Translations under genes and position numbers: made by a program
NCBI RefSeq assembly: GCF_006345805.1
Contig: NC_043012.1
Span: forward strand, 26,598,001-26,662,000
Direction: 5' to 3'
DNA from: Octopus sinensis
Lineage: Eukaryota
DNA length: 64,000 nucleotides
Shown here: in pieces, positions 23,591 through 38,358 of the stretch
Layout of the letters: each line of letters starts with the position of its first letter
Position numbering within the stretch: position 1 is the first letter of the stretch
Notes under the pieces: model-generated
The model's database searches: none
What the model saw: the letters and a program-made list of their open reading frames with translations, nothing else
What the model was told of the DNA's origin: nothing

Positions 23591-24385
23591 AAAAACGAGG
23601 GAGCCTCAACAGGGTATTTCGAACTAGTAGAATTAATAACCAAATCTCCTTCAAATCCCACCACATTGACTTACAATTGTTTACATTTATGAATAAGCCA
23701 ACAAAGGAGACCACTGCATGGTGGCTAAACTAAAAGTGTATGTAGGGGTATTTACAAAAAGAAGGAAGCCTCATTATGGTATTGCAATATGTTAGAAATA
23801 GCAGCCAAATCTTCAACTCATGCCACATGAATGTTTACATTTATGAATGTTCCAAAGCGGGAGACCGCTATATCATAGATAGACCTTATAAAAATAGAAG
23901 CAAATTCTCAGTCAACAGTAAAAGAGTATGCGTTGTTATTGTTGTTGTTGATGGTGGTGGTGGTGGTGGTGGCGGTGGTAGTCGTCGTCATGGTTGGGTT
24001 ACAAAACCAAGGGAGCCTCAGCATGATATTTCAACAGCAGAAATAGCATCCAAATCTCCAACTCACACTACACTGGTTAATGGACGTTTACACTTAAGAA
24101 TGTTCTAAAGCGGGCGACCTCTACATAGTAGCTAGACTTTATAGAAAAAGGAAGCCAATTCTCAATCAACAGTAAAAGCGTATTGGGTGGTGGTGGTGGT
24201 GGTGGTGGGGGAGCTTTCCAAAAACAAGGGAGCCTCAATATGGTATTTCAGAATGGAAGAAATAGCCGCCAAATCTTCAATTCACACAAGACTGACTTAC
24301 ACAAATTAATGTGATAAAGCGAGAGACCTCTTCATAACAGCTAGATCTTATAGAAACCGAAGCCACTTCTCCTTCAAATCATAAT
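23591..24385. repeat. Diverged tandem array, four ~170-240-bp units, the later ones separated by (GGT)n
   Basis: Recurring GGGAGCCTCA..GGTATTTC..GAAATAGC..CCAAATCT..CAC..GTTTACA..AAAGCGGGAGACC at ~23591, 23761, 24003, 24220. Confidence 0.75.
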
Positions 24386-24420
24386 CACATTTTTTTTTAT
24401 TTATGCGCCCTTTTCAAGAC

Positions 24421-24692
24421 TAGCCAGTTTCCCGGTATCTGTGGCGTATGTGTTCCCCCCAGCTGGACGGGACGCCAGTCCATCGCAGCGTTACCGAAGA
24501 AAAAGAAAGAAAGAGTGAGAGAAAGTTGGCGCGAAAGAGTATAACAGGGGTCGCCCCCCCCACCCCTGCTGGAGCCTCGTGGAGTTTTAGGTGTTTTCTC
24601 TCAATAAACACACCAATGCCCGGTCTAGGAATCGAAACCACTATCTTCTGACCGCGAGTCCGCTGCCCTAACCACTGGGCCATTGCGCCTCC
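24421..24692 (-). mobile_element. tRNA-derived SINE with V-domain-like centre
   Basis: rc head GGAGGCGCAATGGCCCAGTGGTTAGGGC..GGTTTCGATTCC; GCGATGGACTGGCGTCCCGTCCAG resembles the V-SINE conserved domain. Confidence 0.65.
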
Positions 24693-24799
24693 AGATCATA
24701 ATCTAGGTCCTCCAAAACATTGCAACGGCATCAAACTTACCATTAAAATAATATACTATCCCATGTCTTCGAAGTTGCAATCTTGTTACAAGAATTTTC

Positions 24800-25075
24800 T
24801 GGATTGCTTTACTACGTGAATACCTCCGAAGTCGACCGATGAAACTTGTATGATTTTAAAAAGGATCCAACTTTTTGATAGGACTTGACTTCACCATAAT
24901 CGTTTGTGAAACTGAAAGACGATCATTGAAACACGTTTGAGTCTGGAGGATTCTGCGTTTTCACATGGTCAGCTTTATGTTAATACTGCGGGATTTGAAA
25001 CACTGATGGCCTGCTCATGAGAAAAACGCCGCAGAGAAAAAACAAAGAATGTGGTTTCGGATTGAACAATGGATG
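24800..25075 (+). pseudogene. Helitron PIF1-like helicase C-terminal fragment, decayed
   Basis: ..RSLKHV*..LEDSAFSHGQLYV..TKNVV corresponds to QSLKHVG..FSHGQLYVA.SR..TKNIVY. Confidence 0.6.
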
Positions 25076-25330
25076 AAGAATATTTTGATGTAATTCGTCT
25101 TTTGGAGAAAATCCACGGGAATTTTAATTCAATATTCAAATAGTTTTGTAATATGTGCTAAAATCTAAGCATTTCTATCTGCAGTTAATCCGATACAATA
25201 CCAGATAATCACCCGGCAAGTTTGGATTTGAATATATAATTATATATGCTAAAAAATGTGAATAAATACACACACACGCACACATACATGCGAGCAGACA
25301 CACACACACACTCTCATATATAGATATATG

Positions 25331-25403
<73 letters not shown>

Positions 25404-25498
25404 CATATACATGTGTATATGTATATATATATCATATACATTTATATTTCTACACACGTGCACCTACACACTCATACAAACGTCTGTATGCGTAAGTG

Positions 25499-25539
<41 letters not shown>

Positions 25540-25811
25540 GTCTTCGACAATGTATGGTAAACACAAGTTACAGCGTATACGACTTGCTCCCTACGCACGT
25601 TTCACCATTGTATACTATACAGAGTAAGAAAAACTGTACACTCACACATCTACCCGTGTATACGTTTGATTATGCTTGTACGTATACACATGCACATACA
25701 CAGATACGCATACATACACAAAGTGAAAATATGGAGCTGTGTGTGTGTGTGTCTGTTTGTATGTGTGTGCATGAGTGAGAGAGAGAGAGAGAGAGCGAGG
25801 GAGAGAGATAC

Positions 25812-25843
<32 letters not shown>

Positions 25844-25949
25844 TAACAAGCCATGTGAGAAACTTGATGTAAATACTGCGTAAAATCAATATTTGCTATA
25901 TCTAAGAATATCTGTTTTCTTAATATTGAGAAACTATTATTAGTAGAAC

Positions 25950-25990
25950 GTCTGATTATTATTATTATTATTATATTATTATTATTATTA

Positions 25991-26026
<36 letters not shown>

Positions 26027-26031
26027 CATTA

Positions 26032-26062
<31 letters not shown>

Positions 26063-26277
26063 GCTATTATTATTATCATTATTATTATCATTATTTTTAT
26101 TATTATTATTGTTGTTGTTGTTATTATTATTATCATCATCATCATCATTATTATTACTATTATTATTATTACTATTATTATTATTACTATTATTATTATT
26201 ATTATTATTATTACTACTACTATTATTATTATTATTATTGTTATTATTATTATCATCATCATCATTATTATTACTAC

Positions 26278-26311
<34 letters not shown>

Positions 26312-26900
26312 GTTGTTGTTGTTGTTGTTGTTGTTATTATTACCAACGGTATTTTATAGAAATGTCTATTAATGTTAATCTGTTCTTGTTTCTGTAGTAG
26401 TGGTTGTTGTTGTAGTTATTATACTAGAAATCGATATATTTGTTTCAAACGAAAAACCAAGATGCAAACGTCTCCATCGTCATCATCATCATCATCATCA
26501 TCGTCGTTATCATCATCATTGTTATCAGCATCAGTGTCATCGTCTTAATGCTCCTCACCAGCATCTTCATCCTAATCCACCTTTTCCTCATCACTACCGC
26601 AGCCACCACCATCATCATCACCTCCACCACCACCACCACCACACACCACCACCACCACGAACACCACCATCACCATCACCATCATCATCATCATTCGTCG
26701 TCGGTCATCATCAAGATCATCGTCTTCTTACACAATTTGCCATCTTCACCCTCTCTTTCTCTCCTTCGTCCATCGCCCCTCCTTCACTTTCTTGCCTTCC
26801 ACCGACTCCCCTTTCCCTGCTCTTCCTCCTCCTCCTCCTCATCATCATCATCCTCATCATCGTCGTCATCACATTCATCAAAACTCTCAAAGTTGTAATT
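25950..26900. repeat. Compound (ATT)n/(CAT)n/(CAC)n microsatellite block
   Basis: Direct reading. Confidence 0.9.
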
Positions 26901-27279
26901 AATTTAATCAATAATAATATTTACACTATCGATCCGACACTGTGTCTATCCTTCTTTATACATACACATATAAACATACATTCACACACACATATCTGCG
27001 TATAATGTGTGTGTGTACATATATTCATTTATATATATATATATAAATGTTAATTGATTAATTAATACAGCAGAAATGTCAGTGCAATAATTACCGTAGA
27101 ATGCAATATTCAATTAACATAATTACGTAAGCGGACGATCTATTAGGTTATCAATGAAATCCAGTGTTATTTAGTATGGAACCTGAACTCTTTGGTGCTT
27201 CCATACATTCTCTTTGCGTAAGCGTACGTCACCACGTATGCCAATATTAACGTGTTTACAAATACATACATATATGCAA

Positions 27280-27316
27280 CTCCGTCTACTTCTCTCTCTC
27301 TCTGTCTGTCTGTCTG

Positions 27317-27361
<45 letters not shown>

Positions 27362-27608
27362 GCAATCACATTTACATGTATATGCGGTTATATACATATC
27401 TAAGTGTGTATGTATGCATATATATATATATATGTGTGTGTGTGTGTTTGTGTATTTGTATGTATATATATATAATATATATATATATTTATATATATAT
27501 ACATGCATATGTACACATACACACACACACACACACATATATATATACGTACATATGTACATATACGTGCATATACATATATAAATATAGTCCTATATAT
27601 ATGTATAC

Positions 27609-27651
<43 letters not shown>

Positions 27652-27766
27652 TATGTATATATATATATATATATTTGTGTGTATATATATATATACATAT
27701 ATATGTATATATATATATATTTGTGTATATATATATATAATATATATGTATATATATGTAAATACG

Positions 27767-27833
<67 letters not shown>

Positions 27834-28652
27834 TTCGTATGTATATATATATATGTATGCATATGCATGTATATATATATATATGGCCATAGCTCGTGAG
27901 CTGAAACTAGATGAAATAAAAGAAAGATGAAATAAATATCTTCATATGTGTATATATACAAACAGAAATGTATGGATGCATGTTCACATATACATACGTA
28001 TAGAAATATTGCATACATATGTATATTTATAATTTATGATTGGATCTATGCATCTAACTCTCTATATAGCTATCTGACTATCACTAAATTACTTATAGGT
28101 CTATCTATACCACTGTACATGTAAATATACACATATATGCATACATATACAAATATGAACTTATTTGAGTGAAGTAATGTATGCGTTTGTGTGTGTGTGT
28201 ATCGATCATTTTACAAGAAAAATAAAGTTTCACGTATTTCTCAATACTATCCGCCTACCATACTTTTTACGACTTTCAAACTTACCCTCGTCCTCTCTTT
28301 CTTCCTCCCTTTTACTTCGATCTTTCTTCCTTTCTTTTCAAATTCTCCACATTTAACCGGACTATATCTGAAGAAGCAACATTTGATTTAATCGTTACTT
28401 AGCTACGAAACGCATGCTTCACTTTTAACTTTTATTATACAAGCCACGCATAACCGAATACGCTCTCATGCATGCATACACTCTCATACATACACGCTCA
28501 TGCATGCATGCATATATATATACAGATACATACAGTTTTATATCCTCACACTTTCTCCCTTAAACATATGTATACATATCAAATTATATATATAGGTATG
28601 TACATATATGTATGTATATATGCATATATTTATATGCAATTTATGTTATTTA

Positions 28653-28718
<66 letters not shown>

Positions 28719-28777
28719 CAAACACATAAACATATTGTACAAGTGCAGGCAACAAGCTGGACGAAGATAGTCCTCAG

Positions 28778-28829
<52 letters not shown>

Positions 28830-29174
28830 CCAAGTAGTTCTGTATGTCACCATATTTACGCCTTCCTACCTGGTACGTGTTGTTTATGTATATACCCAGA
28901 TAGGTTTGTATATACATATGCATGCATATACCTATATACATACATATCTTTTCTGTATGAAGAGTGACATATGAGCTGCACGAACGATATTTCGCCAAAA
29001 ACATTATTAGTAAAAACTTATGAATTAAATAAGGTATATAGAAATTATAACGAAATTCAATATATTTACTTACATATTTTAATGTTTAAGAAATATATTT
29101 TGCTTCAAATATGTTTAAGTATCGATATTGTAAGTGTGATAGTATGTGTGTAGATGTGTGACTATATACATACA

Positions 29175-29211
<37 letters not shown>

Positions 29212-29225
29212 GCATACATACATGC

Positions 29226-29289
<64 letters not shown>

Positions 29290-29650
29290 ATATATATGCA
29301 TATTATATATATATGTTTGTATAAATATATATGTGTACATAGATATATACATCCATGTAAATATATAAGTATATATATACATATATATATATATTATATA
29401 TATATATATATATATACATGCATACATACATATATATATATATATATGTATGTATATATGCATAGATATATACATATATATACGTATATATTTATGTCTA
29501 AATGTGCATACATGTATAATATATATTATACGTACATGTGTATATTTATACTCTCTCTCTATCTGACAAACACATACATACATACATACATACATACATA
29601 CATACATACATACATACATACATACATACACACATACATTTACACACACT
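27280..29650. repeat. Extensive (AT)n/(AC)n/(TACA)n/(ATT)n microsatellite zone
   Basis: Direct reading. Confidence 0.9.
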
Positions 29651-30207
29651 TTATTGATCAGTCAGTCACTCATTGCTCAAAGTTATGGATCAAAAGTTTT
29701 CGTATCTGTTTTCTGATTGATTTATTAGCTTAACTATACGGTAACTAGGCCAATTCTGCTTCTCAGGTGTTAATAAAATGTGGATATATATCTAATGCAT
29801 ACCATCCAAAAATCAAATTACAAACACTAATGTAATTTAATAAAGGACAACGTTAATTCAACTATAAATATCTATCGTTTTAATTATTAATCGTTTTAGT
29901 TATTTTTACAAAATATTTTTCCATCATTTTTCCGGAGCATTATTATTAACATTATTATTACCCAATTTCGTGGCTTTTAAGTGACCGAAATCACAGTAAT
30001 TCCTGTGAACGGGACGTCGGTCCATTGTAAGGTTCAAGGTTAACAATTTTGAGGGTGAGGGGACAAGCGGACTACATTGACCCCGGTACTTGAGTGGTAC
30101 TTTAATTTATTTACTAATAAAATGAAATGGCAGTTTATTTTATTAGCAAAACGTGGTGCATGCTACCACGTGAAACTCGCTTGCAATGACGTCTGTGTAG
30201 TCATCCT

Positions 30208-30435
30208 TATTTCTTTATTGACCACAAGGGGCTAAACGTAGAGGGAACAAACAAGGACAGACAAAGGGATTAAGTCGACTACATCGACCCCAGTGCGTAA
30301 CTGGTACTTAATTTATCAATCCCGAAAGGATGAAAGGCAAAGTCAACCTCGGCGAAATTTGAACTCAGAACGTAGTGGCTGACGAAATACAGCGAAGCAT
30401 TTCGCCCGGCGTGCTAACGTTTCTGCCAGCTCTCC
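30208..30435 (-). mobile_element. SINE B1
   Basis: Full head-to-tail reverse complement. Confidence 0.9.
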
Positions 30436-30649
30436 GGGTTCATCGCCTGTGTTGTCATTCTTGTGCGTCTAAGAAGTTAGCTTTGCAATAATGAGGTCAC
30501 AGGTTCGGTCCCACTACATGGCATTTTGGGCAAGCGTCATTTATTATGGCCTCCATTCCTAAGTCCACTCTATTTTTACATATTGTGTAACTGATTCTAT
30601 CTGAAAATTATATTCTTTATTTTTCTTTACTTTTCTACTCTAGAGACAA

Positions 30650-31014
30650 GGCTCAACATTTTTGGGGAGGGTGCCAGTCGATTAGATCGCAACTGGTACT
30701 TAATTTATCGACCCCGGAAGGATGACTGGCAAAGTCGACCTCGGCGGAATCTGGACTCAGAACGTAAAGATAGACGAAATACCTATTTCTTTATTACCCA
30801 CAAGGGGCGAAACATAGAGGTGACAAACAAGGACAGACATAGGTATTAAGTCGATTACATCGATTCCAGTGCGTAACTGGTACTTAATTTATCGACCCCG
30901 AAAGGATGAAAAGCAAAGTTGACCTCGGCGAAATTTGAACTCACAACGTAACGACAGACGAAATACCGTTAAGAATTTCGCCCGGCGTGATAACGATTCT
31001 GCCAGCTCGCCGCC
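30650..31014 (-). mobile_element. Nested SINE B: B1 (30784-31014) joined to a B2 body at GGTATTTCGTC
   Basis: Same junction as at 1579 and 32599. Confidence 0.85.
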
Positions 31015-31429
31015 TTAATCTGAGAATTATATTACGTGCACATGTATCAGTGGAATACTCAGCCACGTACATATTAATTTAGAGCTTTGGTCGTTCTTTT
31101 GATTGAAACACCTCATGATCATCGTTGAAGTCGACTAAGGGTTCTTTTAAAGTATGGTACAAAAGTTAACGTCGGCTTAATAAACGTTTTACATTAATTT
31201 CCTTTCTCCTCGATGTACTTTCAAATCCTATTGTTGTTAGTGTTGCTGTTATCGTTGCTGCGTACCTCTTGGTCAGCATTAGCTCCATAAATATATTATC
31301 AGAAGTGCTTCAACCGTGACTTACAGGTTTGTATAGAAATCTATGATCCAGTAGGACGTTCTTCAACTTATTTCTCTTAAAAACGGTAAACTATGATCTG
31401 GAGAAGATTTTACTGCTATTTTTAGCAGA

Positions 31430-31680
31430 TTGAGCAAGGCACTTTATTTCACGTTGCTCCAGTTCACTCAGCTGTAGAAATGAGTTGCGACGTCACTGGT
31501 GCCAAGCTGTATCGACCTTTGTCTTTCCCTTGGATAACACTGGTAGCATGGAGAGGGAAGGCTGGTATACATGGGCGACTGCTGGTCTTCCATAAACAAC
31601 CTTGCCCGGACTTGTGTCTAGGAGGGTAACTTTCTAGGTGCAATCCCATGGTCATTCATGACCGAAGGGGGTCTTTACCC
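31430..31680 (+). mobile_element. Headless SINE-like fragment (CORE-like GAGCAAGGCACTT..GCTCCAGTTCACTCAGCTG)
   Basis: The central motif is shared with the element at 52.0-52.2 kb. Confidence 0.45.
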
Positions 31681-32367
31681 TTTAATTAAAAACTTATTGA
31701 GGCATTCATTAGTTCAGAAACGGTATTTACCTGTGCCGTATTTTTATTTTATCTTTATGGTTCATCTTTCTCTGGTTTTAGCCATAGTCCTGCGACCATG
31801 CTGGGACACCACATTGGAGTGTTTAAATGAACACATCAACCATAGAATTTGTTTTTAAATTCTGGTACTTAGTCTAACGGCCTCTTAGTTGAACCTCTAC
31901 TTTACAGAGACGTCAATAAACCAACACATTCTGTCTAACGCACGAAAATCTCGGCTTTCGAGTCACTCTTTTACGTCTGCTAAGTGTTGACTTTAAATTT
32001 TGGCAAAAGACAGCAATTTCTGGTTGAGGATAAGTCGATTACGTGGAACACAGGGCTCAACTGGTACTTATTTTATCGACTTAGTACATGCAAAATAAAA
32101 TAATAAAAACTCTCGGATTGGTTAACAACATGCAGCCAAATGTCCACGCCGTTTGTTTCGTTTCGTTGGTGCGAGATTCCTCGTGTTCGTCCCGCTGTAT
32201 CGTTTCGTATTGTAGCGTATCGTCACCTCGCCGACACGGATCGAAATCGAGGAAAAGTACGGCTATTCGCTTGACCAAGATTCAGAGAATATCAAGAACG
32301 GGAAGGCAATGAAAATCCAGGATGCTAGTGTGGATTTTACTAAAAGTACAGAAATAATAATAACAAG

Positions 32368-32788
32368 ACGGCGAGCTGGCAGAAACGTTAGCACGCCAGG
32401 CGAAATGCTTAGCGGTATTTCGTCTGCTGCTACGTTCTGAGTTCAAATTCCGCCGAGGTCGACTTTGCCTTTCATCCTTTCGGGGTCGATTAAATAAGTA
32501 CCAGTTACGCTCTGGGGGTCGATCTAATCGACTTAATCCCTTTGTCTGTCCTTGTTTGTCCCCTCTGTGTTTAGCCCCTTGTGGGTAGTAAAGAAATAGG
32601 TATTTCGTCTGCCGTTACGTTCTGAGTTCAAATTCCGCCAAGGTCGACTTTGCCTTTCATCCTTTCGTGATCGATAAATTAAGTACCAGTTACGCACTGG
32701 AGTCGATGTAATCGACTAAATCCCTTTGTCTGTCCTTATTTGTCCCCTCTATGTTTAGCCCCTTATGGGCAATAACGAAATAAGAAAT
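32368..32788 (+). mobile_element. SINE B1 dimer: full copy plus second body starting at GGTATTTCGTC (32599)
   Basis: Tail AAAGAAATA is directly followed by GGTATTTCGTCTGCCGTTACG and a second body and tail. Confidence 0.9.
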
Positions 32789-32802
32789 AATAATAATATA
32801 CT

Positions 32803-33175
32803 AGTGTTAGGCAGGGTGACGTCCTAAGTCTATTCTTTTCGATACATTCGAGAACTGTGAGTGAAACAAGTGAAATGATAAAAAAAATAAAAGAGATCAT
32901 ATCCGGAACGGGTAGATCAAGGGTAGCACTGGAAATAAGATCGTCGTCGCAGAATACCACCACGCAAACCTACGATGAGCCGATCATGTCGCAAGGTTCA
33001 CAGACAATTGGTGAACCAGGGCAGTTGTCGAGTGGTATCCCCATGTGAGCGGAAGGGACCACTTGGAAGACCTCCAATCAGATGGGAAGATGATTTACGA
33101 AGAATGTTTGGGACAATATGGAGGAGAGAGCATGAGGGAAATGGTGCGAATACTGTGGCCAGCAGAGCCAACTTG
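32803..33175 (+). pseudogene. RTE-clade LINE reverse transcriptase fragments
   Basis: VRQGDVLS, then RDHIRN..LR*ADHVARFTDNW*TRAVVEWYP..RKGPLGRPPIRWEDDLRR (RTE C-terminal signature). Confidence 0.8.
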
Positions 33176-33185
33176 GCACTGGACA

Positions 33186-33660
33186 GCCTGGCCGATCTAA
33201 GAAAGCTGGTTTCCCAACCACACGGTTCTAGGTTCAGTCCCACTGCGTTAAATCTGAGGCAAATGTCTTCGACTCGGGTCGACCAAAGTTTTTTGAGTTG
33301 ATTTACTAGACAGAAACTGAAAGAAGCACGTCGAATATTATGTATGTATGTAAGTATGTATGTATGTAAGTATGTATGTATGTATGTATGCATGTATGTT
33401 TATATGTATGTACGGGTGCATGTATGTACACACGTGTCTCTTTGTGTCTGTGTTTGTGCCCCACTCACAGCTTGGCAATCGGTGTCGGTGTGTTTACGTC
33501 CGAGCAACTTAGCCGTTCGGTAAAAGAACTGATAGAATAAATACCAAAAATTAGTATTAAAAAATAAAAGTACTGTGGTCGATCTACTCAACTAAAAATT
33601 CTTCAAGACGGTGCCCCAGCGCAGCCGCAGTCTAATAACTGAGATAAATAAAAGATAAAG
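33186..33660 (+). mobile_element. SINE family A, decayed
   Basis: GGTTCAGTCCCACTGCGT..AGACAGAAACTGAAAGAAG..GGTGTGTTTACGTCC..GATAGAATAA. Confidence 0.75.
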
Positions 33661-33881
33661 ACTGAGTCATTATTCGATCCTGCTTCATTCTCGGTTATCC
33701 ATCGCATAAGTCTACAACGACACACCCGGTGTGTCTTTTAAACTCTATCTGTTATGAAATATTTCAATACTCTCTGCCACTCGTTAGATTTTTGAGTTCT
33801 CTGTCTTTCACCAGAAGATCGCCTCAAGAATACAGAATAAGTAACTTATCTACATATTTGGTCTCTATGGGTTTGTGTATG

Positions 33882-33956
<75 letters not shown>

Positions 33957-34109
33957 GTTGTGTGTGTGTATATGTATATATATGTCTCTATATATATCTA
34001 TATCTATTCTATCTATCTATGTTATATATAATATATATATATATAGCTATATATATTATGGTGTGTGTGTGTGTATATGTCTCTCTATATATCTATATCT
34101 ATATCTATC

Positions 34110-34152
<43 letters not shown>

Positions 34153-34163
34153 ATATATATATA

Positions 34164-34205
<42 letters not shown>

Positions 34206-34227
34206 CTCTCTATATATCTATAATCTA

Positions 34228-34282
<55 letters not shown>

Positions 34283-34617
34283 GTATATATATCTATATAT
34301 ATATTTTTTTTTTATAAGTATTCCATACTTCGAAAAGTAGATAAAGCAATTATGCTCACCCATAAACACAGGCACGCGCGCACGCACATACACACACACA
34401 TTCACACACACAAGCACACAAAATAATGCATCATATATACATACATATAATACTTATATATAAGTATATGTATGTATGTATGTATTTTTTTTAATGCGGA
34501 AAAGTGAATGTAAGTATAAAAACTCCAAGTAGTAGGTCACAGTTTTACACCTAGGTAGCTGGAATTCGCTTAGAGGCACATCTCTTCAAGAAGGTCATGG
34601 GCTGCTTAACAGAGACG

Positions 34618-34669
<52 letters not shown>

Positions 34670-34938
34670 CACACAAACAAACACGCACACACAACACAAA
34701 CAAAAACATACGTATATACGCACACATATGGATGCATATGTATATATGTGTTTGTATGTGTGTGTGTGTATACATATATACATACATACATATCTATGTG
34801 TGTGAATATATGACCATATATTTATATTTTTATATCTATCTTTTCATATTTATATGTTATATAAGCACCGTCTTCAGGTAATGGCTTTACTGTTATCGAT
34901 GATTCATATTAGTTTTAGAAGTCGTCGTGGTGAACATT

Positions 34939-35003
<65 letters not shown>

Positions 35004-35012
35004 TATATATAT

Positions 35013-35019
<7 letters not shown>

Positions 35020-35061
<42 letters not shown>

Positions 35062-35517
35062 ATGTAATGTATGTATATACATAACTATATATCTGTCTGT
35101 GCATATATATGTGTGTATGTATATGTATGTATACATATATGCGTATATATGTATATATATATATATGTGTGTGTGTGTGTGGTATATATCTGTACACATA
35201 TATCTTTGTATAGATATATGTATATATGTACATATTTATGTATATATATCTATGTATTTCCCTCTCTCTCTCTCTCTCTCTCTTTATATATATAAAGAGA
35301 GAGAGAAAGAGGGAAATACATAGATATATATACATAAATATGTACATATATACATATATACATATGTACATATTTATGTATATATATCTATGTATTTCCC
35401 TCTCTCTCTCTCTCTTTATATATATAAAGAGAGAGAGAAAGAGGGAAATACATAGATATATATACATAAATATGTACATATATACATATATCTATACAAA
35501 GATATATGTGTACAGAT

Positions 35518-35520
<3 letters not shown>
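35020..35520. repeat. Locally duplicated compound microsatellite units (CT)n-TATA-(AG)n-GGAAATACATAG in palindromic arrangement
   Basis: TATGTATTTCCC(TC)nTTTATATATATAAAG(AG)nAAAGAGGGAAATACATAGA occurs at ~35250 and ~35390. Confidence 0.6.
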
Positions 35521-35556
<36 letters not shown>

Positions 35557-36421
35557 CATATATACGCATATATGTATACATACATACATATACATACACA
35601 CAGACAGACATACACACATATATGCACAGACAGACATATATATTTATGTATATACATACATACATATATATATATATACATATATATGTATTTATATACA
35701 TATGTGTATGTATGTGTGCATGTATGTACATATACATGCATGCATATGCATATATGTATATATATATACACGCATATGTATATACACATATATATGCATA
35801 GAAGTAATCTATTGATTGATGTATATTAGTGTACACACGCGCATACACACACACACACACACTCGCATATATATGTCGATGCACAAATAAATACACGCAC
35901 ATTTATAGACTTGTGTATGTAGGTATATATCTATGTGTCTGTATGTGTGTATCTACTTACGCGTGTGTGTGTGTGTGTGTGTCATGGGGTGCATGTGTGC
36001 CTGGGCGAGAGGTGTATGATGGAGTCTGTTTCAATTATACTCACGTAGATGGTTCCAGGCCATTCTGTTTTACTTTTAAGAGTTTTTTTGGCTGCAAGAA
36101 ACAGTTGAAATACATCTACAAAGTGTATCACCTTTCTCACTGTGTTACTGTAGCTACTTTAGCACCTTTTCCTATGAACCCTGGGTACATGTGTCTGTGT
36201 ATATGCATATGTGTGTATTTATACGTGTGCATGTGTGTGTCTTTGTAAGTGCTTCAATTTTGTTTCTTTCTGTCATTGCGCATTCGTGTTTTTCTCTATA
36301 TATTATATACATACGTAAATACATATATATGTGTATGCGTGAGTATGTGAATGCGTATGTGTGTGTCGATGGGTGTGTGTGTGTGTTAATGTTCGTGTAT
36401 GTGTCTTTGTCCACGCTTGTG

Positions 36422-36520
<99 letters not shown>

Positions 36521-36521
36521 A

Positions 36522-36580
<59 letters not shown>

Positions 36581-36617
36581 ATATCTATCTATATATCTAT
36601 CTATCTATCTATCTATC

Positions 36618-37008
36618 TGAACCGTAAAAATTAATACAGAGTTGCTTATTTGCAAAAAAAAAAGAAAAAAAGAAATATAACATGTGACTTCATTGACCGA
36701 GGTTACCGTGGTTTCTTCCGTAGGCTTTTCTTTCCACGGGTAAACCTCACCTGTCCTCCCCCTTTACACTTCATATTGACATTTCTGTGATTACGATCCC
36801 TATTGATCAACTTTTTTTTTCCTCTCCCCTTTTCTTTTTTTCTTCTCCCCCACTTCTTTTAAAATCCTCCCCTTTTTTAGTCCTCTTTCTTTCCTTTTAC
36901 AATCCCTTTTGATCGAAAACCACCACCCTTTTTTTACCCCCAAAAGAAAAGCTCTACCTTGTAATTTGTTCTGTCTGTGTGCAGCCCTGTGTGGCTAATA
37001 AAGAAACA
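36618..37008 (+). mobile_element. Second Tx1-like copy, 3' UTR only, embedded in (TATC)n
   Basis: Near-identical to 19562-19911; (TATC)n on both sides. Confidence 0.9.
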
Positions 37009-37119
<111 letters not shown>

Positions 37120-37226
37120 TTATCTATCTGTCTGTCTATCTATCTATCTATTTATATATCTGTCTGTCTATCTATCTATCTATTTATATATCTGTCTGTC
37201 TATCTATCTATTTATCTATCTGTCTG

Positions 37227-37312
<86 letters not shown>

Positions 37313-37484
37313 GGTGTGTGTCTGCGTGTGTGTGCACGGATGTATGTAGGTGTGTATGTAGTTGTCAGTGTTTGGGTAGTTATTGTTCGTGTGAATATCT
37401 GTTTAAGTATCTATAATCTTCTGCCTGCGTATAAGGTTTATGCCTCTGTGAGCATCCGTCTTTGTGCACACACAAACATACAAA

Positions 37485-37528
<44 letters not shown>

Positions 37529-37529
37529 T

Positions 37530-37691
37530 GCAGGAGCAGCTGTGTGGTAAGTAGCTTGCTAACCAACCACATGGTTCCGGGTTCAGTCCCACTGCGTGAC
37601 ATCTTGGGCAAGTGTCTTCTGCTATAGCCCCGGGCCGACCAATGCCTTGTGAGTGGATTTGGTAGACGGAAACTGAAAGAAGCCTGTCGTA

Positions 37692-37768
<77 letters not shown>

Positions 37769-37972
37769 TTGTGTGTGTCTGTGCTTGTCCCCCTAGCATT
37801 GCTTGAGAACCGATGCTGGTGTGTTTACGTCCCCGTCAATTAGCGGTTCGGCAAAAGAGACCGATAGAATAAGTACTGGGCTTACAAAGAATAAGTCCCA
37901 GGGTCGATTTGCTCGACTAAAGGCGGTGCTGCAGCATGACCGCAGTCAAATGACTCAAAAGAGTAAAAGAGT
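37530..37972 (+). mobile_element. SINE family A, full length
   Basis: Full family A sequence. Confidence 0.92.
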
Positions 37973-38311
37973 ATATATATATATATATATATAAACATAT
38001 ATGTGCATATTTATGTACATATATATATGCATATACATACGTATCTATATATATATGTATATATTTGTGTATGTATATGTAGGTTTTGTTTGTGTATATT
38101 TGTATGTATTTGTATGTGGTTGCCTATGTCTTCTTATGTGTATGTCTGTGTGTTTATGCTTATTTTGAGTATGCGTGTGTGTATATTTGTGTGTATGTGT
38201 ATCTGTGTATGTATGTTAGTAACTATTGGTGAATGATTTTACGTGTACATATACATAGGTATGTATGACTCTGAATTCCTCTATTCCTGCGTGTGTGCAT
38301 CGTGTGGTGTG

Positions 38312-38358
<47 letters not shown>

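Noticed and set aside
24620-24692. Functional tRNA gene (also at 52130-52205 and the SINE A/B heads)
   Set aside because: A and B boxes are present but no complete cloverleaf could be folded, and each continues into a SINE body
26400-27005. His/Pro-rich 201-aa ORF
   Set aside because: (CAT)/(CAC) repeats; no recognisable domain
25348-29733. Long ORFs rich in Y/I/H/T/C/V/L
   Set aside because: They are translations of (AT)n, (AC)n, (ATT)n and (TACA)n, open in several frames on both strands; no coding signal
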